A DNA stretch of 64,000 nucleotides, taken from NCBI GenBank assembly GCA_050084985.1, contig JBITNC010000002.1:5270001-5334000 (forward strand), written 5' to 3'. Below the pieces are notes generated by a model, which was not told the origin of the DNA, made no database searches, and saw only the letters and a list, made by a program, of their open reading frames with translations. Source of the stretch: Nageia nagi (Eukaryota > Plantae > Pinophyta). The translations under genes and the position numbers were made by a program. Of this stretch, positions 25,661-39,050 are shown piece by piece; within the stretch, counting starts at the first letter, position 1; each line of letters begins with the position of its first letter.

Positions 25661-28600
25661 TCATACGTCTGCAGCAAGAAGTGTTCCAGAAAGTGACACC
25701 TGCACATTATGACAGTCATAAGTCTGTGGGTGATCAAGTCTCATACATAATTATTATTATTTTTGTATCTTATATCACTCCCCATCTCTGGTTAGAAAAA
25801 TTAAGTAGATGAAAAGTGGTTATACCTTCTCTCCAAGTTTGAAAGGAGGAAGTCCATTGTAAGGGCAGCTCCTACACCGGAATGCATCTCCTAGTCCACA
25901 CTAAAAATAACAAAGCCATTATGTGAGAAAAATGACGAGGAGTATTATGTCATGTTTTTCCCCACAGTACAAGGTTAACTAAAGTACATTGTAAATGAGA
26001 AACATTATATAGGTTCTAATCCAAGAGAAATTACTGCTTCTCAGATATGAAGTTAAAGCAGCAAGATGATGAAGATGGTTATTTGTCACAATCTCAAGGA
26101 ATTAAGAGTTTAGTTAAATGATAAAAACATAACAATAGATCAAAATCTTACTAATACTAAATATCTAAGGAATAGGCTTGACCCTTGCCTATTGTGACTA
26201 TTCTTGAAGCTTAAGAACTAGAGCATGAACTGTTGATTGGACTATTGAGCATCTATCAGTATCAGTACATTATCCGTCAATGAAGGCATCACAGCTAAGT
26301 GAGAAACCATGGAACTGATGCATTGGTTGAATTATTATTTCTTGCAGGAGGAATGCAGATTCCAAAGGGCATAAAAGAGGCTATGGCTTGCCCCTGTACC
26401 GCTCTCAGATTTCGTGCCAGCTAAGGAAAACCAGTAAGGAATTGGAAAGAAACTCTTGTTCCAAATGTTTCCTATTATTTATTTATGCCTCTTTCAAACA
26501 AGTTGCAGGTGAGGTAGGTCAACTAGGCTATGGTTCATTGCTAAAGTTGGTTGGACTACTATACATTTCATCATGACTCTAGTCAAGCAGAATGATAGAC
26601 CCTAGAAGTTTTAACATACATTTCTAAAAGGGAGAAAGTTAGATGCTAAGTGCACAGATCCTGAGAGGATTGTTTCCTTGTTAGCTTGTCGACAAAAAGA
26701 AAAATGCAGTTCAGAAGAATAATGATGACATTGGTACAGGAGTTGAAGATTACCTTCATGCTCTTTTTTCTACGGTTGACCTTTTGTGATATTTGCTGCC
26801 GAGTATTAGTTTTCTAGTTACCCTCTACCAGGCTTAACTTTTTGGCTTTCTTATACTTCAATTTTAAAATACAAGGGTTGAATCTTGACGTCTCCAATAT
26901 GAAAGAAATGTGTATATGCACAGAGAGCAAGTTGGATATTTATTTCTGGTAATTTACAACATTTGTTCTTGTGTATGGTGGAGCAATTAAATTTGTATAA
27001 TAAGTAGCTCAAGCAAACAAGTAGAATGCTAAAAGAAGGAAATTTTGTGTCCCTTAAATGGGAATCAGCCGTACTTATTGACACTTAGACAATCAACGGG
27101 GAAAATGGATAACTTTAAGAACAGACATACATTTCCACAGGCAGATTGTGGGTTGTTCAACTGATCTGCATTCAGGCCTAATTTCTCTTGTTTCTTTTCC
27201 ATTTCAGCTCGATCACATGTACAATTCTTGCACGCTTTTCTCTTTGTACCAACTTCACAGTCACCAACTGTAGAATAAAACAAAACAAAATTCAAATTAT
27301 AAATTGAAACTTTAGACACCAAAATTAACCTATCCTCCAAACCATGTACTTATCTACTTCTATATCAATCACTAAAATAATAACAAATTCTAAACTGACA
27401 CTCATCAACAATGTGACTAACCAGTAGACAGGACAGGCTTTTTCATGTCCTCTTCAGTGAGAAGACTGTCCTCATCTATGAGATCCTCTAAATCATCATT
27501 CATTTCCAACTTTAGACCTAATATGCCACTTTTTGGCAAACTGGGTGGTTCTATAACAGACTTTGGCTTCAACAAAAATGATGACCCTATCTCCCAAGTA
27601 GGCTTTTGTGCTTTCATCTGCAAAAGAAAATGCAAGAGATAAATGTCCATAGTCATTAAAGACATTAAATCTATAATATTTTTTTCTACTTCAATTCAAA
27701 TCCTAAATGAATGTACCATAAATGTCTGAAGCCCATCAGATGTGCATAATCCTTCTGCGGAGCTGACAATTTCTGGTGTCACAAAACCTGCCAGCAAAAG
27801 GCTTTTTCCCAGGCTGGCATGAATTTGTGTCATTCCCTGTTCAAGAAGCATGCAGAAGAAAATATTTCTCACGGTATAACTTGAATAAACCCAATGTGCT
27901 ATGGAATCTACTTCTGTTCAAAGTCAAGAAACAAAGCCTTCTCAACCATACTTTATTGTGTAAATCTACTTCTGTTTGAAAGTCATGAACAAAACATTCT
28001 CAACTATACTTCATGGTGTAAAACGAAACGAAGTAAAAATACTCACATATTCCTTAGTTATAGAACTCTGTATGTACACAGCACCCCCTGGTTTCACAAC
28101 TCTTGCTAACTCCATCATCCAATTAAATTCGTCAAGCTCATTCCTCTCATGAATAACAACCACCACATCAAACCATGAAGATTGAAACTGTAGTTTCCGT
28201 TCTGTAAACAACAAACCATAAACAAGGAAATGCCTGTTAGTTATACCTCATGGGGCTAAATGTAAAGTTAGGACAAGGGCATTGGATTGCATGGAGAACT
28301 AAACCAACTCTCCGAAGAATTAAAAGTGGCTTATCAAAAGAAGGTTAAAACCCATACGAAGAGGACTTATCCCAAAATCACTTGTACCGAAAGGCCTAGC
28401 AGAATTAAGCTGTGGTTTATCAAGATAGGGGCAAACCTAAACGACTACAAACTATAAGTTTATCTCAAATGCATTTGCACTCAAAAGTTCCAGTGGAAAT
28501 AAACATGGCTCAAGATCTGATGAAGTAAATGGGACCAAGGAGAATTGGTAAATTTAAAACAAAAGTTCAACTACAAATTTAAGGTTGAAGTTCTTATGAA

Positions 28601-29069
28601 AGCCAGAGTTTTGACAGAAGTTAAAACACTTCTGAACATAAAAGCAAAAACAGGACTTCCAAGAGAGTTTAAAGAAAATGAGGAGATCCCAAAACAAGAC
28701 ACCTTGACTGGAAATGGGGAGTATCCTAAACCAATAAGCTAGCTAGAACAAGGAAGAAAAATGCATCCATCCTAGAGCATATGAAAAATTAAACTAATCA
28801 AACATATCCATACGTCTAATTGCCCAATCCAAAAGGATCAAATACAACATCCATATTCATGGCTTCATTCATGTAACAAAATAATAACTGACATTGACCC
28901 AGATTGAGAAACACGGTATGCTATCTATCTGACCTAGTAGATTGGCCTGTGTTAGCACTAACAATTTGTTGCCCCCATCAATCTTGTCCTGGAATGCCTG
29001 AATGGCCCATGCGACCACCCCACCTCCCACATTCAATGCCTCTGTCACCAACAACACACCTCCGTCCAT
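25661..29069 (-). CDS. DRE2: Anamorsin homolog / Fe-S cluster assembly protein DRE2 (CIAPIN1); exons 28934-29069, 28047-28201, 27717-27836, 27422-27617, 27131-27267, 25826-25900, 25661-25699; about 285 aa
   Basis: N-terminal methyltransferase-like part ([14 protein letters not shown]), [13 protein letters not shown], acidic linker [12 protein letters not shown], and Fe-S motifs [16 protein letters not shown] and [31 protein letters not shown]. All junctions are GT-AG and in frame (858 nt). Confidence 0.95.
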
Positions 29070-29279
29070 CTTCACAACATATTACAAAACAACTACTGAA
29101 TCAGACCCACAAAAACATTCTTAATATTAAGAGATTCCATTAAAGCAAAGCAGATTCATACCTTAACTTCCAAGGACCTGCAAGCTTCCTAGTATATTCT
29201 GTAAGTCGTATGCACCTCAGACAAGTAACTGAATCCCTTCACCTCATGCAAAATGCCAAGCTACACCTCTGTAGCAACT

Positions 29280-29482
29280 TTATATATACAATGGGTGTGT
29301 ATATATATATATATATGACAAGGTGGCACTATGTGTGCACGTTGCCTTCTAATTTCATCAAAAGCTTCCTCACAGCGGTTATTTGCTGACGTGTAGGATG
29401 ACTGGGCATGCGTGGGTGTGGCACGTGCTCGCCAAAACCTTCCTTATGGGGTCACGTGTCAGACATCAGCTGACACCAGCTG
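29280..29482 (-). promoter_or_regulatory. Putative DRE2 proximal promoter with TATA-like run and G-box/E-box cluster
   Basis: TATA-rich 29280-29316; TGACGT 29387-29392; CACGTG 29422-29427 and 29453-29458; CAGCTG 29467-29472 and 29477-29482, all in a GC-richer patch. Confidence 0.5.
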
Positions 29483-31669
29483 CTAGGGGAAGTTTTGTTG
29501 TCCACGAATCTTGTGTATTTATTTTGTATATTATTTTTTAAATAATTCTAAGAGTTAACTTGAATTCAAATTCTTCCCACATAAGAAAGCATGTCAAAAG
29601 AAGGAATTTTTGTTGATTAAAAAATATTGATTATAGAAATATATATAGATAAATTGATGTATTTTGATATATTTTTAAATTTATTGGTTTGTAAGATTTA
29701 TAAAAAAATTCCATAAGTAAATATATATCAATTAAGTATTTGAATAATTATTTTTTGTATAACTGAACATATTTAACAATGCACATATATTTCTAGAAAA
29801 ACATGAATACACCTAAGAACAACACTCACATTCATCCATTGAAAATAATTCATTAAAATAAAATTCTAGAATTCGATCAAACACAATATAATAATGTTAA
29901 ATAATTGCAAAATGAAAATAGATTTACTACTAATCCGGTTCAGCATAATCCACTGCTAAACCGCCAATACAAAATCTGCTAACTACATACAAAGGAGAAG
30001 TCAAGCATCCATCCACCAAGGCTTATTCTTGATCATTTTTAAGCATTTCTAGGGCATAACAAGATCAAAAAGTAGCATAGTGTATTTGGATGAGTATGGG
30101 AGGATGGCTCATAAAGGAAATGAGAAATTGAAGGATACCGAGAGCTAGAATTAAGAGGAAGCCTACTCAAACCTATATGGAGTTCTTTGAGAGCAAGGAG
30201 GACGTTATGCATGGAGGTGAAGTTCCCTGCTATAACTAAAAAGCCCTATAAAGGAGGCGAACAAAGTGAAGGTGGGGCTAGACCTATGGAGTCTTTAACA
30301 ACGATAAACTCTTAAACCCTTAAAATAAGATAAAGTCATGGTGGAAGAAGTTCTAACTTTAGGATTAAAGATGCAAGGCATGGTAGGTGAATCGTTGGAA
30401 AGAATATGGATGATCCGTGGTGGAATGCAAGGGCGAATTGATGAGCTCAAATGCTAGGTAGGTCAATATATAAACTTGTGTTTTATTTTTGTTGTCTAAT
30501 ATTTAGTCGATTTACTTCTAAATACATTTAGAACAACTTTTATTTTTTTGTACAACATTGTTGTAGAAGGATTTTGATAAGTTTGAAAATCTTTAAGATG
30601 TAATTAAGGTTTTAAGGTCATTCAAATCCTATTCCTCCAATGCAAATAAATTATATATATATAAATAAAATCTTAAAGAAATTTTTTTATTATTAATGCA
30701 CTCGTGCCAGAAGTTTGTGAGATGTGTAATGAAGCTTATTTTTGTATTATTAACATTTCTTTTAAATGAATTTAAATACATAATTTAATGAAATTTATAT
30801 ATATTAATTTTTTAAATAATAAATAAATACATATTTTAATTAAAATGGTTTTTATATAAAAAATTATAATAAACATGAATCATCGATTTATCTAGATGGC
30901 ATGCTTGAGCAGCCAATTGGACCATAATTTTTTAGTATGGATGAGGAGAATTGATCCAAGATCAAGTTTTGATTAGGAATTTTACTAGAGGTTCCATGAT
31001 TGAATCTGATATTCTTGTTTACTTTGTTATTTGGTTGATGTTTGTTTCTACAGAGATAAGAGTATCAATGTGCTAACAATGATGGTAGTTCTAGCATTTG
31101 GACTTATGGAGATTTAGGTGTCTAAATTGTGTGAGATGATGGTTCCTTTTATCTTTTGCATGGATGACTTGATATGACCCAACTTTTTACACTATGATGG
31201 AAGTGCTAACACTAATAGTATCACCAGCATTGGTTTTCCTAAAGAGTTTACTTTCTATATTTAGAGGTTTGATATGTGGACATGGTGTTATCTTGATATT
31301 ATGTTCCTTTTCACATTTATGTACAACAAGGCTAACACTAACCTTGACTGACCATAACGTATTTTTAGGAAGTTAAAGATGTTTGAGGAGTTTTGAAATG
31401 GTTCTTGGGAGTTGCAACCCTTGGGGAAGCCCAAGGGGTGCCAAGTTTTGATAATAAAACATCCTAGACACTTCATTGTGTTGTTGTTGATAATAAAATA
31501 TTTCAAGTTAAGACATTAGGTTTAATTTTTAAAAAATAATAATGATATTAAGCTTAATTTTTTTAATTTATGACATTAGGCTTAATTTTTTATTTATTTA
31601 TGACATGAAGTTAAACTTTATTTATTTATTTATGATATTAAAATTTTGATTACCTTTATTTAGTGATCA

Positions 31670-33085
31670 TCATGATAGGAAAGAAACCCCATGGAAAGGA
31701 CCAATTACCTTTTGATCCTACAAAGGACAAGGAAGCACTAGTAAGTATCAATATGTATTATTGTAATATCAATAAATTTTAATTAATGCTTTGATTTTAT
31801 AAGGCAAAGAACTTAAGTTTTATTTTTCTTTCAGGGAGAGTTAGTGAGAGCAATGTTTAAAATTGCGAAGAGAATTTTTATAACCAAAGAAATGGAGGAA
31901 AATTTGGGTATTTGGACTTCTTATAGACCTTCGACTATGACAAGCTCTCCAAATGGTAATATTTTTTAATGATTTATTAATTTTTTTTATTTATGAATGA
32001 AGTAATGTTGTTAAATTATTTATTTTTGAATCGGTTAAAGTGATGTAATTATTAAAAGTACAAAGTATGTAAATCACGATACCTTTGCATTTTCAACATC
32101 AAAAGGAGCAAAGTGGATTGAAATAAGGATTAAAGACGACAACGAAGTCATGTGAGATGAAGCTGGTAAGAGTTGATTTTTGAAAAATATATATTTATAT
32201 GTAGACTTATAATATAAAAATTTACTAATTTTTTCAAATATTGTTTAGGAAAAAAATTACAATTACCTCAAGGATGTTGTGTACCTGTATTTTTATGCAA
32301 TATTGGATATTGAATGGAATAAACAAGAAAAGAAGGTATTTTTTAATTATTACTAATAGTAATTTATAAAAATATTTTTAGTGATATTTAAGATTTTATT
32401 TTATAAAAACAACAACTATTTTTTTTTTTTTTGTATATTGTAGGCAAAAGACAATTGATAGATCACCTCAAAAAATTGGAGTGATGGGTGGAGTGTAAAA
32501 AAAAGCATTCAAAATGAAAAGTTGTAACTTGCATTGGAAAAGGGACCACTTGAGGCGATCCATAAAAAACTTCCTCCAAACGATCATATAGGTGTCTAAC
32601 CACCAACATGCACCAAGAAAGTGTAGAACCAAATAGTCAAAAAAATGAATGATAATGAAGCGTGTACAAGTCCACAGATGAACTCTCATTATGAGAAAAA
32701 GCTTCATCTATGTATACTTTTATTAGATCAAAAGCAGTTGGTGGTACACATCATACTGGTAGCCAAGGAAAAGATGGAGTTGAGGCTATATTTATGAGTA
32801 TATTTGTAAATAAATATTTGGAAGACTTCTGACATCAAAGGAATTAACTTATGGACTTAAAGAAAGTGTCCACAAATTGATCTCATTAGTGGTGGAGGTA
32901 AGTAATTAGTGATATTTTATGATCTTTTAATTCATTTCATTATGTAGTTAACATTTCTAATTTCTATTTATTTACTAACATCTATTTAATTTTTAATTGT
33001 AGAGGGATTCATCATTAGTGTCAATACATGTTGAGGATCAAACTGTTGAGGATAAGAAGAGTGACAATGGTGATGGTTGATATTA
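31670..33085 (+). pseudogene. Decayed multi-exon gene, possibly a DNA-transposon (CACTA TnpA-like) accessory gene
   Basis: Purine-rich exon-like blocks alternate with very AT-rich GT..AG introns of about 90-100 bp (e.g. from 31741, 32125, 32336, 32898). In-frame stops; HHTGSQG motif near 32750. Confidence 0.4.
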
Positions 33086-33399
33086 TGCTACATTTATGAT
33101 GTGATTTAAAATTTTGATATATTTACAGTTTAAGTTTTAAATGTATACTTTAAGCTGAATTTCATATTTAATATTTATATTTATTTACTTAATTCATTTT
33201 AATTTAATAAAATTAAACTAAACTAATTTTGTTGAAAATAATATTAAAATGATCATACTGCATTAATCCACTTAGATTGCTATGGGACACCCTCGTCTTG
33301 ATACGAATTGTAATTATACCACCATTTGTGGTGTCATGCAATTTTAAATATGGATATTTCCCATCCAAACACTTCATTTGTTGATGAAGTTGTTGGAGT

Positions 33400-36300
33400 T
33401 TTCAATAGCACCCAAAGAACATTCTTGCAAATTCCTTTCGAAGGTGGAGTACAAGGTAATGTTTCTGTTCCCCAATATTTTATTCGTATTGAAGAATTTG
33501 TTTAACCTACCAATGGTTTGAGTCGCATACATTAGTGGGTTATTTTCTAGGTAGGATTCCCAATGATACTCTATTATGTACTTGGGTAGGCCAGGTTTGG
33601 AGTCCTTACAGTTTCAAGGTTGAAAATATCTATAATCTTTCTAAAGGGTTTTTTTTTGTTTCAATTCTCTGATCATGTGCATGCCCAAAAGGTGCTTAGC
33701 AAAGGCCCTTGGACTTTCTGTAACTCCTTGCTAATTTTACAACCTTACGATGCATGTTTTTCTATCCAAAATGAAGGTGCAACTGTTGTTCCCATTTGGG
33801 TCAAATTCTCTAGCCTTCCCATTATCATGTGGCATTTATTGAAATCCTTAGATGAAAGTCTTGGGAAGATTTTATGTCATAAACATGAACGATTCTTTTT
33901 GGTTCGATCCTCCAAAAGGATCTATGTTAAAGTATATTGATATTAATATCGATGATGAAGGCCTCCGTCAACATATGGAGTTTATTAGACTCCCAAATAC
34001 TTGCTATTGTTGCCAACCTTCAAACCACAAGATTCGTGATTGCCCTCTCATGGTTGGTATGTTTAAGGAAAATTTTGTTGTTGTTAACCCACCTTCCTCC
34101 TCTACTCCCGCTATTATGAACAAGAATGAGGAAGATGAATAGACTCATGTTCATAACATATGTAATTAGAGTTCTATGAATTGCCAAAATATTCAATAAG
34201 CTAGTGTTAGTCACATACCCCAAGTTGCTCTTGTTAACCAAGCTAATATGCAACCTGTTAGGGTTGATCTTGTGATTCAGCCACCCATGGTTACCAATAC
34301 AGCTTTTAGTGCTACTAGTGACCCTTTTATGAACTCCATTTGGTTTGGTCCCTCTTATACCTCAACAATGACAATGCCCCCATGCTTCTAGTGTGAAGGA
34401 ACCTTCCTTCAAACTTAATTGGTCTAGAAGCCCGTAGAGGGGCAATCATCATGAACTTGTGAAGAAATATCAAGAAGTTGATTTTCCTTTGGGAAGAATG
34501 CAAAGTGACAGTAACTCATTTGAGTCCCTACATGTATTGGGAGATGTTGAGGTTACCATGGATCTTCAATTCCTTGACTTTCCTTAATGATTTTTTTCTT
34601 GGAATGTTAGAGGGTTCACGAACCCAACCCACAAATATATGGTTTAGGATGAGCTTAATGATATCACTCATTCTCATGACATATTGGATTTTGTTTGTTT
34701 GTAAGAAGTAAAAATAACTAATTTTATTTTGCAGTGCACTTGTCAATTTCTATGGCCAAGGGGCCCTTTCTTTCACACCAATCTTGCTTTTGGAACAAGG
34801 GAAGCAATGATTTTCATTTTGTCTAGGTCCTCAAGATTTATGGTGCATCCTTTGGTATTGTCAATATTTATGCTTCCAATGATTCCCAAGAGAGAAAATA
34901 GTTATGGTGTTGGCTCATCTTTTCTCTACCTTTTGATACATGGGTTTTGTTGGGGATTTCAATATGGTTGAAAAGTATACAAATAAAGTAAATAAAATCA
35001 TTATGATATGGAATTTGGATGAGTGAGAAGCATGGTTTTTTATGAAAAATAAGCTTAGCCTTTTTTACCCTAATTACACCTTTTTCCTCGTTGACTTTCT
35101 TGAAGCTCAATGGTTTCCCTGGTCAAATTTCCAAGATGATGAAACTCATATCCTTAAACCTCTTGAAAGAACCATAATTTTAGAGTGTGACTTGTTCCAT
35201 TTTCAAAGGCTATCCTTTCCTTTGCCCTTTATTTTTGTTGTACTTGGTACTACTCTTTCAGACTACTCTCTGATATTCTTTACAATTTCTTTCTCTCAAG
35301 CTCCCACTCATAATTTTCCCTTTTCCTTTTACTTGAACACTTCCTTTTGGCAATCCTTTTAAATGAAAGGTCACATTTCTAGGATCTAAAATCTTCTTCC
35401 CAGGCCCTCGGGGTCTTCTAGATGGATTCAATGGCAAAATCAAGTGATAGTTTGCACTACTAAAGTGTTGCACACATTAGGATGGAGTTTTCTAAGAGAC
35501 GAAAAAGATTTGATTTGGCTATTATGTAAGAGCTTTCTCAAATTAACTGGGACCTAGAGGCTAATCCCTTCAGTCATCCAACCTAGGACTATGTTGTTGC
35601 TCTTCAACATGAGATTAGGAAAGTTGAATTATATGAATCTAGAGGTGCCTAGCTTCGAGCTCGATTTAGCTAGCTTAAAGTGGGGGATAAGTTGGAAAAA
35701 CTCTATTGTAACTCTATCCCCCACTTTAAGCCAGCTGAACTAGGCTCGAAGTTGGGCACATCTAGCTTCATACATATCAAAACCATTCAATCTAATGGGA
35801 TCCATTTCACCAACTTGTTAGAGATTATGGAGGTTTTTATCAAGCATTATCAGTCAATTTTGTTGCTCATCCTTTAACCCTTGCAAGAGTAGCTCTTATT
35901 ATAGAGTGCAAATCTGTCATAACTTAAAAGTTATCTCCATCTCAGAGGGATTTTTGTGATACATCCCTTTCTTTAGAAGATTTGAAAGCCACCCTTTCTC
36001 AAATGGCCAATGGTAAAGCTCCTAGAATTGATGGCTTCCCCTTTGAATTTTACAAAGAATTTTGGGATATGGTCGACCTTGATTTGCTCCATATTTATAA
36101 AGAAGCCTTGGTCTTAGGTTCTTTAGGCCCAATGCTTAATAAAGGCAATGTAAAGTTTATCCCTAATCTTGAAGATCCTAAAGTGATTACAAATTGGTAT
36201 CCCATCACTTTGTTAGATGTGACCTACAAAATTATAGCCAAGGCTCTTGCTCTTAAGCTTCAATCTTTGCTTCTCCTAATTATTCATCATGAGCATACTA

Positions 36301-39050
36301 GTTTTATTATGGGAAGATATATTTTGGATAATGTAATTGCAATCTAGGAAGGCATGGAATGGGCCCGATCCTCTAATCAAGATGCTCTAATCATTAAAAT
36401 TAATTTTGAGAAAGCATATGATTAGATGCAGTTCTCACTATGAATGGGGACTAGTCTGAGTACATTGCTTTAGGTTGATCTATTCACCAAGGTCTTCCTC
36501 TAGCCCCTTCTCTGTTCATTCTTGCTACTAAAGCCTTTGGCTATCTTCTAACTCATCAAGCTTCCAAAGGTCTTATTAAGGGAATTTCCCTTCCTAACTC
36601 TCAAGTTTAGCTTTTAAATGACCATTTCGTTGATGATTCCTTTTTCACTCTTAGATAAGATGAGTAATCTATCACAAATTCCCTCAAATGACTTGATAAT
36701 TTATGCTTAGTTTCATATTCTAGTATTCAATGGCAAAAACCCTCTTATTATAAGCAGTCTATTCATACACTTCCTGATTGGACTGCTCATTTTCCTTGGA
36801 AGTGGATTCAAAATGGAGAGACATTCATATTTCTAAGCATTCCTTTTTCCTTCCAATCTTCTCCTGATTAGCTTTAGAATTTTGTAGTATAAAAAGTTGT
36901 GAAAAGCTTAGTTATTGGGCAACTAAGAAGTTATCTTTGGTTGAAAAGTTTCAAATTTATACCAAGATGTCGGCTTCTACCCATGTCTACTATTCTTCTT
37001 ATTAGGTTCCTTCCAAAGCTTGTTATTAGAAACTTGATAAGATTCTATGTGATTTTATTTGGGCCTCTAATGTTCATAAGAAATATTTTCATAGAGTGGA
37101 TTGGAATATTTATTATCTTTCTCGAGTTGTTAGGGGTATCAAGTTGTTTAACTTCTAGAGCCAAGGGTATACTCTTTGTGTAAAGTGGATTTTAAGAGCT
37201 TTAAATAAAGAGAAAGCCTAGAAAATTCTTATTTGTCATTGTTTAGCCTTAGGTCTTCTCTTTGGTAAAAAAGTTTGAAAAGGCATGTCTTTGCAAACAA
37301 TTTTTACGATTCATGTGCTGGTCAAAATTATTGGCTCTTTTGTTATCAAGAGTATTTGGAAAGCTTAGGAAGTCTTCAAGCCTTGGGTTTCATGGCAACT
37401 CCACAATAAATCTATAGGGCCTCAATTTCCACAATTAATTTGTGGTGGTCTCCTATAATTTTTATTGAAGGTCTTCCTTTGGTTAAAATTTAGCGGATTT
37501 GAGTTTTAAGGTTTCATAAAAAGGGAATAGATTCTCTTTTTGATTTTTTTGATCCTCATACCAAGAGTTAGTTCTCCTAGAAAATTTTTAGAAGATGCTA
37601 TGGTATAAAGGTGGATGATAAAACCACTTTTGATATTATGAGTGATCATACTCCTTTCTCTGTTTGGTCTCGACTTGGCAGGTAATTTCAAAAACCTTGG
37701 TAGTTGGATTGGTCTTGGCCTAAGAATGTTAATTTTTTGAAATTCAAGCCTCATCTTGGATATACTTGGCTTTCCCCCAATGTTCCCATGGTTGATACTC
37801 TAGAATTGCAATGGGATTTGGTGTTTACTCAGTTGCGATAGTCTCTTTGGTTCAATGTAGTCTGGGCTAAGTATTTAGAACCTAAGAATAGTTTCTTTGC
37901 TTGGAGTTTGCTTCATCAGGGGCTTCCTATTAGCCATCGTTAAGTGTATTTGGATGTGGTTAACCCAACTTGTGCTTTTGTTTGGAACTAGAAGATTTTG
38001 TTCATGTGTTTTGGTCTTGTCCTAAAGCTCATGAAGTTTGGGATTGTGTTTACTCTTTTTTAATCCTTTCCTTACTTCTCTTGTTATTTGGATCCATGCT
38101 ATCCTAGGAGATCCTATGGTATTTTTAGAACCTCTTAGTGAAGTTTGGCATATTTTTCAAATTAGTGTTCTTTATCATTTATGGAAAATCAAAAATAATA
38201 TTATCTTTAGGAGATAAGAGGCTTCAACCTCTTTCTCTCTTGTTGATAAGTACTTTGTATTTTTTGACTCATGGTTGCAAGTTATGATTTAAGTTGAATA
38301 AGTGATCATGGAAGTGCAACATTTACGAAATCTACTTGACCATTGGAGGAATGCTCCCTATCCTCTCAGTCATGTTCCACCGAAAGTTGCTCCTCCACCG
38401 TCGGAGTGATCTTAGAATCGAGGAGGCTGTGGTCGTCACCACTCCTATAGCTGCAATCATGTTCATCACTTGTATAATGCACACAACTCAGGTCCTTCAT
38501 TACAATGTCATTCATCTCAACCCTTGTAGAATCCTCTTCGTATGCAACTAGCAATTCTAGTTGACAGGATGTTTGAATTTTGTATAAATAATGGATGGGA
38601 TATTCCAACCTCTCCGTCTACTCACATGGTGGATTGGAGAGATGAGTTGTAACCCATGTCTCATGAGCTTTCAGGGAATGAGAAGCATGCCTACATTGAA
38701 GGAGGGGAATCCAATGATGGAGCCACTGATAATGATGGTTGGAATATCACGTTTGATGATAATGGGGGTGGGAGCATATGAACTTTGTTGATTACTTCCG
38801 CCCTCTTCACTCTAATGTATGAATATTGTTAAATGCTTGCTAGCTAGTTGGTTGGACTTTGAGATGTGTGTTGGTGGTAACAATTTCTCTTGACAGTTGT
38901 AGTTTTTTATGCATCAGTATTTTTTGAAAATTTAAAAATTTTGTATTATTGATGGTATGTTTTAAGGGGTGTGCAAATTCCACCTACCCTTTTTATATGA
39001 AGAAAGTTTCTTAATATAATAGAAAGACTTTTTTATTCAAAATAATAATA
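33400..39050 (+). mobile_element. Near full-length degenerate L1-like LINE (ORF1, endonuclease, RT, zf-RVT)
   Basis: ORF1 KGFFLFQF..VLSKGPW..VPIWVKF plus a CCHC-type knuckle. RT motifs KAPRIDGFPFEFYKEFW, NWYPITLLDVTYKIIAKAL, GRYILDNV, KINFEKAYD, QGLPLAPSLF, HFVDDS. HVFWSCPKA near 38000 and an A/AAT-rich tail near 39040. Many stops. Confidence 0.9.

Noticed and set aside
29950-30470. Possible coding or LINE remnant
   Set aside because: No motif I could recognise with confidence.
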